33,407 nt of DNA from Octopus bimaculoides (GCF_001194135.2 NC_068983.1:119211195-119244601); one strand, 5' to 3'; shown: positions 11,528 to 23,214, counted from the first letter of the stretch. A program made the numbers and translations. Notes: generated by a model not told the origin, from the sequence alone.

Positions 11528-12072
11528 NNNNNNNNNNNNNNNNNNNNNNNNNNNNNNNNNNNNNNNNNNNNNNNNNNNNNNNNNNNNNNNNNNNNNNNNN
11601 NNNNNNNNNNNNNNNNNNNNNNNNNNNNNNNNNNNNNNNNNNNNNNNNNNNNNNNNNNNNNNNNNNNNNNNNNNNNNNNNNNNNNNNNNNNNNNNNNNNN
11701 NNNNNNNNNNNNNNNNNNNNNNNNNNNNNNNNNNNNNNNNNNNNNNNNNNNNNNNNNNNNNNNNNNNNNNNNNNNNNNNNNNNNNNNNNNNNNNNNNNNN
11801 NNNNNNNNNNNNNNNNNNNNNNNNNNNNNNNNNNNNNNNNNNNNNNNNNNNNNNNNNNNNNNNNNNNNNNNNNNNNNNNNNNNNNNNNNNNNNNNNNNNN
11901 NNNNNNNNNNNNNNNNNNNNNNNNNNNNNNNNNNNNNNNNNNNNNNNNNNNNNNNNNNNNNNNNNNNNNNNNNNNNNNNNNNNNNNNNNNNNNNNNNNNN
12001 NNNNNNNNNNNNNNNNNNNNNNNNNNNNNNNNNNNNNNNNNNNNNTATATAAATATATATCTACATACATAT

Positions 12073-12127
<55 letters not shown>

Positions 12128-12167
12128 AACAGCATCCTCATTACACAAGAAAAGCCACTACCAAGAC

Positions 12168-12645
12168 TTATTGAAATGATTTATGATTGTTGCCATGTGA
12201 TGCCCTTATATGATTTTTAAGCCCGGCCAAGCTTTTACACATTTTATTACATACTAGACGACTGTGCTGGCTGGCAGGAGAAACAGGGGCCATCATATGC
12301 ACTCTCTTAACATGTCGTTTTAGACCTCCAACTGGGAGGCACACCCTTCCACATTTTACACACGTTCTGTTATGAATTTTAATAGCCTCATCATTGTTTA
12401 TCATGGGTCGATTTCTATGAGAATCTTGATAGCTCACCAGACTTGCATGACTCAAACACCTCCGCCCACAAACCTCACACAAAAAGCAACACTCTCTCAC
12501 TTTCCACAGGTCCCCCTTCTAAGCCCCCCCCCCTCCTAATTCTCTCATACTTCACTCTCTCCCTATCAAAACTTCAACAACCATCATGCACTATCTTCCG
12601 CCATCCATCATGGTCTTGTGCCTCCCTCCCCCAATTACCAGCTGC
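12168..12645 (-). mobile_element. 3' end of an RTE-type LINE ORF with three C2H2 zinc fingers (decayed)
   Basis: [20 protein letters not shown] matches the RTE C-terminal W..A.DR..WR motif. It is followed by CEVCGRRC..YQDSH, CVKCGRVC..RHVKRVH and VCNKMC..NHIRASH; stops and a frameshift are present. Confidence 0.7.
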
Positions 12646-12658
12646 AATATATATACGC

Positions 12659-12659
<1 letters not shown>

Positions 12660-12693
<34 letters not shown>

Positions 12694-12828
12694 TTCATAT
12701 ATATATATAGATATATACATATATACGTATATATATATATGCATATATATACACATATATATATACATATATATACATTTGTATATATACATATATATAT
12801 ACATATATATACATATATATATATATAC

Positions 12829-12859
<31 letters not shown>
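12660..12859. repeat. (GATA)n plus (TA)-rich microsatellite
   Basis: Direct reading. Confidence 0.95.
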
Positions 12860-12862
<3 letters not shown>

Positions 12863-13000
12863 AGAATTCATATGAAAACAAAAGACGAAGACAGGTGGTG
12901 TAGACAACAAACAGATGTATTAGTTTAACTCTCGAGAAGTGAAAAATTCTTTGTTTCGAGCCTACGCTCTTTCACAGAAAGGAACACAGAAAGAAACATC
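12860..13000 (-). mobile_element. Short repeat with a degenerate hammerhead-like motif, probably PLE-derived and non-autonomous
   Basis: Minus strand CTTT-CTGTGAA-A-GAGC-GTAG-GCTC-GAAAC-AAAG (12949-12981); starts directly after a (TA)n tract. Confidence 0.45.
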
Positions 13001-14916
13001 CATGGATCTCGGGAATTTTACCGGCCCTATTTTATTTCTAACTTTTCAATGCTGTTGCCCTGAAGACGAAATATAAATAATCCGAGTTATGAAATATTAG
13101 CCTTGTTAACGAAATGAGAAGTTCCATCTGAATTTTCTAATCAACGACCAATTATATTCTTTTGCACCAGGTGTCAAAGCATTCATTTCGCATTTAAAAT
13201 GTGCCCGGTGTCGAAAATACGCTCTCATTTTGTAAATAAAAAAAAGGTTAGCTTTCATTAAACTTCTAAGAATACTTAAATCCGTCAGACGTCTTTAACT
13301 GACGCAGTCTGCAGCATTTAAATAACTTCCAATCTTTGTCGAAATCTATTTAAATATTCGTTCATTCGTTATGACAATATTAATGGTGGATTATTATGAT
13401 ATAGTTATAAATACTATTAAAGGATTTGTAACGCATTAATTCAAAGTGAAGTAAGAATTAAAAAATTATCCTATTTTCCCTTCAAATGCGAACATCAGAG
13501 ACTCTTAGCTTCACAAGAATATTTATATGAAAGCGTCAATATATTTTAAATTTACACAGTCCCGAAAAGTCGAATGCGAAAGTGAAGTTGAACTTAGCCA
13601 CAAAATGCGCTACTTATTGCGAATGTGAGTGAATCGTTGATGTAAATATTAAAACATTTTTCATCTCTAGAAATGGGGCAAAAAGTAAAAATAAGTAACA
13701 GTAACGTATCATTAGCCACATTAAATTATCCACTCTGATGTTACACTGTCTTGCCCATCGCTTTTTTTGATGGTTCTATAAAAGATCCCAAAGCAAAAAT
13801 GTTAATCGATACCTTTAAATAGCATTTGTACCGTGGAATGATTCTTGATCTAGTGCTTTATAAATAAGTTTATAACCATGATCAAAACTTATCACTTCAC
13901 TTGATAAAGTGTTAAAGTATGACAATGAATATGCATAGGATAGAGAAAGCATTGATATAGTGTAAAGAAAAACCAGCGTTGTCGTTAAATACTGAAAAGA
14001 GAAAGAAAATAGTTTTGATGAACGGCATCAATGACCGATGGAAAAATTGAGAGATCAATAAAATAAATGGATGGCATGACACGTAAAAGTGTTTGTGCTA
14101 CAACGAACAATAACTGGAATATGTTAATCTAGGACGGAATCGAATGATTAGCATATTGGGTTGTGTTGTTTTCTCAAGAAGCATGTAATTTATTAACTCG
14201 ACAGCATCAACATGGTTGACAATGATTTAATGTTTTCTTCGAAGCAGAATATTGTGTTTCGTACGGAACTTTCTTTGCCGTGACAGCAACTGTAGAAAAG
14301 TGTACACTGGAATGGCTTTCTATAACACCTTCGAAGAATGATATTATAATAGAGCGGAAGTGGAAGGGACAATAGAGGTGAAGTGAAATGGCTTCAATCA
14401 GAAAGCGAAGCCATATTGTATTGAGTTGACATGACTACAATGTTTTATGTAGTGATCGTTTACTGGACATTATTCATGGTGAGTTATAAAAGAAATTCTT
14501 TTAAAAAAACATCAGACGACCACTCTACATGCAACAAACCATTGTACCTAGTACTGACATCTTCAATTTTTTCATCCATCCCACCCAACACACACCTTTT
14601 GTTTTTTTGCTACAACGTAGTCCATATACGTAATATCAAAGTAGAGTAATTTAGTTCCATACTATAGTCTAGTGCAAGTGGCGACTTACCACATCAACCC
14701 CTTACTGTTAATGATTATTTGACACTTGATTTTCATTGACTGACCTAGCTTTTAGAACGTGGTTTCAGCTAAACTCAGGCCGAGTTCTTTGTACTTCGTT
14801 ATGTGCCAGTGAAGTTACTAGTCGAAATATTTCCTATTCTGATATATTAGTAGTTATGGCTAACAAGCAGTTTATCATATAACATTTTAAAAACGTTTAT
14901 ATCTTAATAGAAGATC

Positions 14917-15075
14917 GGCGGCGAGCTGGTAGAATCGTTAGCACACTGGGCAAAATGCTCAGCGACATTTCGTCCGCCTTCACGTTCTGAGTTCAAATTC
15001 AGCAGAGTCGACTTTGCCTTTCATCCCTTCGGAGTCCATAAGAAGTACCAGTTGAACTCTAGGGACGATGTAACC
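14917..15075 (+). mobile_element. tRNA-derived SINE, family B
   Basis: GGCGGCGAGCTGGTAGAATCG (A box), GAGTTCAAATTC (B box), GTCGACTTTGCCTTTCATCC body; homologous to 15138-15250 and 28621-28841. Confidence 0.85.
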
Positions 15076-15137
15076 GGAGGTGGTAGGAATAGAGCGGTTT
15101 CAAATTTTGAAGACCAGAAATTTTTAGGGAAGGTGAG

Positions 15138-15250
15138 GTACTTATTTTATCGCTCCTGAAAGGATAAAAGACAAAGTGGATCTCAACGGCATTTGAAATG
15201 TGACTATGCATTTTGTCCGAGGTGCTAACGATTCTGCCAGGTCGCCACCT
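15138..15250 (-). mobile_element. SINE family B, internally deleted copy
   Basis: Plus strand gtacttattttatcg...aaaggataaaagacaaagt...gtgctaacgattctgccag is the reverse complement of the family B head and body. Confidence 0.7.
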
Positions 15251-16521
15251 TTGGAATGCATAATACTAATATCAAACAATGAAATCGACCGTAATCATAC
15301 ACCCACATTCAAATGAAATATGGATTTGCATTAACACACTGATTCGTTCACTATTCGGTAGATATTTATTCACTGGTTGCCAAAATGGAAATAATGTTTC
15401 AGAAACCCATAATGTATAGATGTGAAAAAAAATTTTCGTAATTTAAAACTAAAACCTTTAGTACGCTCAACAAGGTTAGGAATAAAGTCAAAATTATGAC
15501 ACAACCAACATACATTTTGAACACCTATGCAAAAGGTGATATCTTAGTGATATACTAAAATATTAGAACAAAATTATTTCCATATTAGAAAATCTAGAAC
15601 TTTGCTCTTAGCTCAAGCTGAACTAGACCAAAATTTAGAAAACAAGGATGCATTGAAAACAAATGGGTAAATGTGAATAATATTTCTTTATGTCCAATTG
15701 GATTCCAAAACATTACTTTTACAAACTCGGCGCTTAAAAACTATTCGCAATGTCTGACTAGTGGAGATTTTGTTGTGTTCATAATATAGGTGACTCAAGT
15801 GAATGTTAATCTCCTCAAACTCTTATGAAGTAGCAGGCCCATGTCGAACGTGGTAGCGGTTAAATTCAAAAATGGTATAGTTTCCAAAAATCATTTCGTT
15901 ATGAAATAACATCATTAGGATGCTCGAATATGTTTTTGTAATAATATGAAGTTCGTACAGATAACATTTGGTGGTAATTCAGTCAAATACTTCTGAAATG
16001 TAAGGCCTTGATTTAAAAAAAGAAATCCCGAAAGGTTTTGAAGTGTAAAATATTTTTAGTCTCAAGTGTTGCCGTGTCTTCTGAAAGATGCGATTAATTA
16101 ATGGTTTTAAAACTTTAAAAAAAATGTCACAAATCATTTCAAAATCTATTTGAAATTAAAAAAGAATTTTCTGAACTGGGGTCAACTTTATTTCAATTCC
16201 ACAATGTAACTGTGTAACTTATGTAAACGGAAACAATTTTTAACCTCCCCCAAAAAAGGAGATTTCGAAAGTTAATCGGCTGAAATGAATTCGTTATGTA
16301 GATAATAAATTAGACTAATAAAATAATTTTATTTTCATTTCAATGATTAAAATGTGCTTATTAAAACAAAAATGGAAATGTATAGGGAATACAAAAAATT
16401 ATAATCGCATACATTTTGACTCTAGCAATATATACAGTTTTCTTTCATTTTATACGTTATGAGGATTCATTTTAGAAATTGCGAAACACATTCCGTTTTA
16501 TTAATTCTTTTATCCAGGAAT

Positions 16522-17565
16522 TTAAATGCTGGCAACAGGGTGAAACATTTCATTAACCTTTTTTTGTTTGTGCGAGGAATACTTAAAATAAATATGGTTG
16601 TCAGGAAGTGAAACAGGAGATAAATTGAAGGTTTGCTGCGCCACACAAGGGATCGATAACATTTTAGGAAATACAGAAGCAGTTACGGGCGACAAAAAAG
16701 GAGTAGAAATTCTGCAAGAATTATTAAATAGCGACATGCCAGATGAGTCCCCAATTTGAGAAGCATCATTAAAAGTCGAATTTCCAGAATTTGAACAATT
16801 TTCGCTGTCAGAGTTAGTTCCGCGTGAAAGTTTGTAAGTAAAAACAGGATCGGGAATTGCCAGAATAGGCGCTGGCGATTTATTAATACCAATAGTTTCT
16901 AGACTACTGCCAGAAACTGTCCGATGCAAACCGATACTGGGTTTTGGAGAGACATTTACGATTGGTAAAATGTCATTATTCAATTTATTTAAGTGGTTTC
17001 GAAATTTTATTTGACAAGTTGTAATGATCATTTTAAAGCTTTGTTCATTTTGCTTTAAATCCTCAAGCATATTAACTAAATCGCAACGAACGTCCTCAAG
17101 TATTTCTGTACAAGAATCTTCAAGAAAATGTGCAAATATTTTAAAAAGGCTATCCTGTAAAAAGAAGTACTCAGTGCTTTCAAGACGGTTGCGTAACACT
17201 GGTAATTTTTCCACTGTAGCTATGGAGCCGATATCAATTATACCAAGCCATTGTTCCACTCGCCCCTTACAAGCAAACTTTTTCCCTTGCGGTATTTCTC
17301 TCTCCAGAATAGTGAGTAACTGAAGCCGGTCAATAGCAAATACATCAGATCTTAAAAGACTGAACAATATTAGATCGCGTGTACAATACTGACAGTGATT
17401 AAACGTGTGAAATCGAGACCGTGACTTACGTATAATATCTATTTTCTCTAATAATGGTAGACGGAACGCCAACATATAAGAATTGCCTGGTAAGAGTGGC
17501 GGTGAAGTAATGCACAAAGAATGAGGATTTGTCCAATAAAAGCCATTGGGTGATAAAGAATCCAT
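16522..17565 (-). CDS. Uncharacterised 347-aa protein (or terminal exon 16522-17486 of a spliced gene)
   Basis: 1044-bp stop-free frame in AT-rich DNA; AATAAA about 20 nt after the stop (16497-16502); helical-looking N-terminal half and S/T/P-rich C-terminal half; no TE motifs recognised. Confidence 0.7.
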   Translation of the reverse strand: MDSLSPNGFYWTNPHSLCITSPPLLPGNSYMLAFRLPLLEKIDIIRKSRSRFHTFNHCQYCTRDLILFSLLRSDVFAIDRLQLLTILEREIPQGKKFACKGRVEQWLGIIDIGSIATVEKLPVLRNRLESTEYFFLQDSLFKIFAHFLEDSCTEILEDVRCDLVNMLEDLKQNEQSFKMIITTCQIKFRNHLNKLNNDILPIVNVSPKPSIGLHRTVSGSSLETIGINKSPAPILAIPDPVFTYKLSRGTNSDSENCSNSGNSTFNDASQIGDSSGMSLFNNSCRISTPFLSPVTASVFPKMLSIPCVAQQTFNLSPVSLPDNHIYFKYSSHKQKKVNEMFHPVASI

Positions 17566-18158
17566 TCAGGAAATATTACTGGTTCGCTATTTCAAGTTTT
17601 GTTTTCCATTCTCGTCACTTATGTATAAATCACTTTGAATAAAGAAATTTATTGTTTGCCACACATTTATTAGAGGGGTTAGCAGTGTCAAAATTTGGCT
17701 CATCCCAATCCCATGTCTATTTCTTTTAGACTAAATTAAATTTTCTATTTAATTGTACCAAGTCTACGGTGCAATTTCGATCCCAAGTTAAAACCATTTA
17801 CCTATGTATGACATTGCAAATGTTTTTGAGCTTCGTCATAAAAAAAAAGAAAATATATTTACCGTATATTTTAATTAGATTTACTAACAAAACTAGTTCG
17901 CCGTCGATTTCCATTTAAAACCTTTTAGCAATAAAGTCCATTGTACAATCATAACTATCACAAATGCCATTCACTTTTCCCTTGAAATGCCTTGCTTTAC
18001 ATTTTATATAATTGTTTCAATAAAAATAGTTGATTTGATGCTGTCCGATCAAGTACAGAGCGATAGAAATTTATTTAGAAGGGAGGGTGACTGTTTTTCT
18101 TTAATATAGTAAATAGGATCTCAGATACAAAATGGATTGGAACGAAATATTCTGACAC

Positions 18159-18268
18159 CTTTCAATTTTCTGTACTGAACAAAGGGTTTAATTTGCTTAA
18201 CCAAAACCCGATTCTTAATTTTGGAGTCAGTGAAATGGGTACTGAATTCTTTCTCAACGGTTCGCTCT
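18159..18268 (-). CDS. Candidate upstream exon of the 16522-17486 gene
   Basis: Acceptor ttatttgtatag, donor AAG|gtgtca; frame ERTVEKEFSTHFTDSKIKNRVLVKQIKPFVQYRKLK ends in phase 1, matching the phase-1 acceptor at 17487. Confidence 0.3.
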
Positions 18269-18716
18269 CTATACAAATAAGGTTGTTGTTTTGAGGGAAG
18301 GGCTGTTTTGATTGTTGTTGCTTTTTTTCGTTCTTGTTCTTTTTTTTTTTTTTTTTTTTTTTTTCATAATTTCATATAAATGCAGTGAGTCGTGGGTTGA
18401 AACATAATATCACTGGGTTAAAATATATTCCGAGGAAACTAGTGTTGGTCTGCATCAAAAACAAGAGCAACATAATAATAAAACATCTAAAGTGTGTTGA
18501 ATTCATGTGCCATAAAGTGAAAGGAGTTTAGCGTTTCGATCAATGATATTCCTCCTAAAAATGTAGTAAGGTGTCTTTAAAAGAAACGACTTTACTGTTT
18601 CTACACTCTCTCCTATTTACAGAGAAGTGTCCTGCCGGAAGCGTTCAAAACTCACTTCCCCTCTTCTCCCGGCACATGAAGGATGCACTCACCCCACTTC
18701 CCTTCCCTGTTCATAA

Positions 18717-18838
18717 CAGGTACTTTTTCATCGGTCTTTGTCAAATTTGCAGCGTCGCCAGTATCTGAACTCAGAATGCAGAGAGACGAAATTAAACACG
18801 TTTAAACCGGCACTCTAATGCGTCAGCCAATCCACCGT
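18717..18838 (-). mobile_element. SINE family B, degenerate
   Basis: ggtactttttcatcg...tctgaactcagaatg...ctctaatgcgtcagccaat resembles reversed family B. Confidence 0.5.
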
Positions 18839-19001
18839 ACTTGACTAAATTGTTTCAATATCTGCACACTGACGCATTTTTAGTTTTTCGAGACATATAA
18901 TCACTGGGTCGACCTCAGTACTTAACTATTCGAAAGTGAGATAATGACAGATCTTCCAAGTGATCACTCGAGCTGTTAGAATTATCATATATATAAGAAA
19001 A

Positions 19002-19037
<36 letters not shown>

Positions 19038-19038
19038 T

Positions 19039-19640
19039 AACATTTTTTGCCACTATAATATGGCTGTTCTATAAAGAACAATGTTACTACTTTTTAACTC
19101 CAGGAAAACGTTTTTTCGAGTTGGTTGACGACACACAACTCGTGTCCGATATATTGTAAGGGAGCGAACTACTCCCCTCCAGCTTGGCAACACCAGTAGA
19201 CCATGATCTCTGGGTCTTTACCCTTCATCGGTACTTGACACCCGCCTGCTAGAGATAGCAGTCAATGGTCCCTACTCACAATATGTAAACAGAAAAGCGG
19301 CAAACAGCCGCTGTTCTCGCAACCAGGAAAACAGCTAGTTCTAAAATCTCTAAACGAGACATAGGAAGTAACAATACTAGACGTAACGTTTTCTGCCATT
19401 ATAACACTATAATCATGGTCTACTGGTCTTGCGAAGCTGGAGGGGAGTAATTTGCTCCCTTATTCGCAATATATCGGACACAGGTTGTATGTCATTAACC
19501 AACTTTGAAAATACGTTTTCCTGGGGTTAAAATGTAGTAACATTGTTCTTTATAGAACAGCCATGTTATAGTGATAAAAAACGTTGTTTTGTTTGTTATT
19601 ACTTATATAACGATTAGAGATTTTAGAACTAGCTATTTTG
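19039..19640. mobile_element. Foldback/MITE-like element with about 170-bp inverted arms
   Basis: 19039-19208 is the reverse complement of 19412-19585 with scattered mismatches; 19327-19405 also pairs with about 19563-19640. No ORF. Confidence 0.8.
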
Positions 19641-20097
19641 CTCGTGTGTCAGTGTATGCATGGGGTCGCTCTTGAGTGTCACTGATAACATATAACCCAG
19701 TGCAACGTGTCACTTGGTCGAGTCGTCACGACTAAACTACAAGCACATCAAGCTTTCCCGGCGAGGAGGGTGATTATTCGACACCCTACGAGATAAAAGT
19801 GAAAAAGCAAGATACGGCGAAAGGTGGAGCAACTCATGAGAGTCAATGGCCATCCAACTGAGGTCTGCCGTTCATCAGTCTCATAGCATACTTGCATCAA
19901 CTGTTGTTATCAGCAATACCAAAAGTGTGAATGGTCCCATACAAGCTATTAACATGTTAAACAAATCATTGTATGTGTTGTCCAAGCGATTTGCTTACTC
20001 TATTCTTTATCAGGACCATCCTGAAACAGAAAAAGAAAAGATGGGAAAATGTAGATTGTTTGGCCTTCATGCGTCAAATACGACAAGAGAGATTATC

Positions 20098-20190
20098 ATA
20101 TGCATATGTGTGTGTGCATACACACATATATATATATACACACACACATATGTACCTATGTGTGTATGTATGTACGTACATATGTATGTA
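20098..20190. repeat. Compound TA/CA/TG microsatellite
   Basis: Direct reading. Confidence 0.9.
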
Positions 20191-20248
20191 GAGTAAATGC
20201 ATAAAAACCACAGGTAATAACTATTGAACAATAAACTCAGTGCATGTA

Positions 20249-21495
20249 CGAGGGAGTACCCAAAAGTAACCGGAAACGTTTTCCGTAGTAGTTCAGGCTT
20301 CCACCGCTAGAAGCCACTTGATGCGACCCTGAAGCATCAGTCTGCTAACAGACGTCCTCGTGATAAGGTCATGTTTTCACGTGGTGTATTGCTTTTTGCA
20401 GTGCTTTTTCTTGTTCGTTGATTTTTGCAATGGCTGAAACGAAAGAACAGCGTGCTTCCATGAAATTCTGTTTTCTGCCGGGGAAAACGGCGGCCGAAAC
20501 AATTGTCATACTTCAAACAGCTTACAAGGACACTGCATTGGTTTTCACGCTTTAGGAACGGTCACTTGTCGCATGAACACCAACCTCTTCAGGGGACCGT
20601 CGACCTCTCGAACGAATGAGAACATCACGAAAATTCATGAATTGATCTTGGAAGACAGTCGCCGAACAATTGACGAACTTGTTGACATGACTGTTGTGTC
20701 TTGGAACTCCTACCAAAGAATTTTAAACGAGAAATTGCGCATGAAAAGAGTTGCAGCAAAATTTATGTCTCGGTTGTTCACGGAAGATCAAAAACATTCA
20801 CAATTGAATGCGTGTCGTGAACTGAAAGAACAGTTGGCAGTTGATCTGGACCTTTTTTCGAAGGTCATCACTGGTGACGAAAGCTGGTGCTACGAAAGCA
20901 TTCGATGTCACCACGCCACTAAAAAAGTGCGTCAAGTGAAATCCAATGTCACAATGATGCTGATTTGTTTCATCGATTTGAAAGGAATTATCCACACAGA
21001 ATTTGTTCCTCCTGGACAAATTGTTAACCAGACATTTTATTTAGCAGTTCCGAAGCCTTTGCGAGACGCGGTGAGTCGAAATATCCCAACTTGTGGCAAA
21101 GTGTAGAGAGTGATGGTTTCATCACGACAAAGCGCCTGCACACACCATCTTGAGTGTGAGACAGTTTTTGACCAAAAATGGTATGGCCCGGCTTACCCGC
21201 CTTCTCTATGCACTCGATCTTGCTCCCAGCATCTTTTTTTTTGTTCCCCCGAATGAAAAATGTCCTTAAAGGAAAACGTTTTGCAGATGAGGAAGAGGTG
21301 AAGAAAAACATGACGGGGGTGTTAAAAAGCATCACTTCGCAAGAGTTCCAACACTGCTTCGAATAGTGAAAAATGTGTCTGGACCGATGCATTGCTTCAA
21401 ACAGAGAATATTTAGAAAGCGGTAAAAGTGTAAGCATGTAAAACTAAGTGAATAATATAATATTGTAAAATTCCGGTTTCTTTTGAGTACCCTCG
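20249..21495 (+). mobile_element. Full-length decayed Tc1/mariner (mariner, DD34D-type) transposon
   Basis: Imperfect TIRs CGAGGGAGTACCCAAAAGTAACCGGAA (20249-20275) and TTCCGGTTTCTTTTGAGTACCCTCG (21471-21495); 5' TA target site; 1247 bp. Confidence 0.92.
20430..21441 (+). pseudogene. Mariner transposase pseudogene
   Basis: MAETKEQRASMKFCF (HTH start), AAKFMSRLFT (WVPxxL linker equivalent), ITGDESW, HHDKAPAH, LDLAP..FFLFPRMK; several deletions, frameshifts and stops. Confidence 0.92.
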
Positions 21496-21992
21496 AATAG
21501 TGTCTACTATTTATTATAATGAAGTCGACAGTTAACAGTTTCGTACTCAAACTATAAACAAAAATCAGAAGAAAATTAATAGTAGGGTATACATGTACCG
21601 CTGAAAGCTAAGAAGGGCATAGAATTGGTCAAAATGAGAGGAAGTCAAAGGCTGGGAAGAAGTGATGGCAGTAGGAAGAGAAGATAGAGTTGCGAGTAGT
21701 TACAGAAATGGTTTAAATTTAAAGAAGAGGGACACGGAGAGAGGATGCTTAAGTTGGAATAGTGGAGTTCAGAGAGAAATAACAGACATAACCTGAAAAT
21801 TTGTACAGTACATTGTTTGTTGTGAATTGAAAATGAACTGCATTGTTCTAATGCTTTCTTTGGAGTACATTTAAGATTAAGACTGAAATAAAAATTTGGA
21901 ACTACATTTTATTAGCTTATTCGGAGAATGCGTTACAGAAACATTCTTCTTTGTATTTCTCTATTACGTAATCAATTTTGAATTGTTTTAGA

Positions 21993-22008
21993 TACACACA
22001 TACACATA

Positions 22009-22090
<82 letters not shown>
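21993..22090. repeat. Long (CA)n microsatellite
   Basis: Direct reading. Confidence 0.95.
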
Positions 22091-22092
<2 letters not shown>

Positions 22093-22250
22093 ACTTCTAA
22101 CTTGTTAGAAGAACTGATAATTGCAGATAGAAAGCTCATTCAACAATTGCAAAATTTACTTGTCGGACGCGTTTTTGCTTCGCTGCAGTTTTTTTTTCTT
22201 TGTTGGTTGAGTGGTTTCGCAGCAGTTTTTAAGTATAACGCCACCATAGT

Positions 22251-23124
22251 TTGGTGAGCGTTGCTGAGATGGAGAAAGTGAAGACATATGCGACAGCAAC
22301 GGGGAGTCGGGCTTCCGTCGTCCCAGGCCCGCTGAAACAATGCGAAATGCACTGGAAAGAAGACATGACTAAGAAATTTGGAAAATATCTAGAGATGGTA
22401 CAGAAAGCGGGGCCAAACGTAAAGTTGACCCCATCAAAGGTGGAAAAGGCGAAAATGGAAATTACGGTGGTGGAATATAAATAATTTTCAAGGAATAATA
22501 AAAGAATAGTGAGCGCAACTAAGGAGGCTGTGGAGAAGTGTTTGAAGGAATTGAAAGATGTGTCGTTTTCACAAGAGGCAAGACATACGCGCCTGTGGAG
22601 ATCACATTTGTATCGGAGGAGGCAGCAAGGAAATACGCCAATGAGACCTTAACTGGAGGAAATTGGATGCTCTTTCCCAATCAGATGGGTAGATGTCCAA
22701 CAAGGATTAGGGTGGGTAGGATCCCGCCGAAAATAGAGCCGGAATGGGTAATGGCGACAAATCTACTGGAAAAAAGGAGAAGTAGAGGTAGTTATGATAA
22801 CCAGAACCCAACAAATAAATTGATGGGGGGGATGACTTGGAGGTGGTTTTCACAGCAAGTCAGACAGTATACGATACCATACCGGAGACACTGGAACTGC
22901 CAAACGAGGACAAGCTGGATATAATGTCGGGAGGGAGACATCCAAAGTGCTATGAATGTGGCAAAAGAGGTCACATTAGAAGAAGGTGCCCAGAAATAAT
23001 GGAAAACATAGAAATGGAAACGCATGAAGGCGTGATAGAGGAGAAGAAACAGACACAGGAAGAGGAACAGAGAGTCGATTTTGAGGAAGCTAAGTCAAGG
23101 AAGAGAGAATGGAGGAGCTCATAG
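22251..23124 (+). pseudogene. Non-LTR retrotransposon ORF1 (gag-like) remnant with CCHC zinc knuckle
   Basis: Three frameshifted segments; RRM-like VEITFVSEEAA...RIRVGRIPP and CYECGKRGHIRRRC (CX2CX4HX4C), as in L1/Tx1-type ORF1. Confidence 0.7.
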
Positions 23125-23214
23125 CCGAAATTTGAACAAGGAAAGAAATATAAATCACAGGTTCAAGTGGGATCACCGAGGAAAGAAGATAAAAGCAGAA
23201 CATCACCAAGTGAA

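Noticed and set aside
11291-12179. ORFs of 230-285 aa
   Set aside because: They span the N gap and (TA)n tracts.
12574-12910. YI-rich ORFs
   Set aside because: (TA)n/(GATA)n translations.
19836-19884. Minus-strand ATGAGA-CTGATGA...TCTCAT hammerhead candidate
   Set aside because: Stem I and CTGATGA are present, but there is no GAAA, no stem III and no NUH triplet.
20798-21550. Minus-strand ORFs overlapping the mariner
   Set aside because: Antisense shadows of the transposase.
21560-21800. Purine-rich block as a CR1/L2 3' remnant
   Set aside because: Only vague resemblance; no diagnostic motif.
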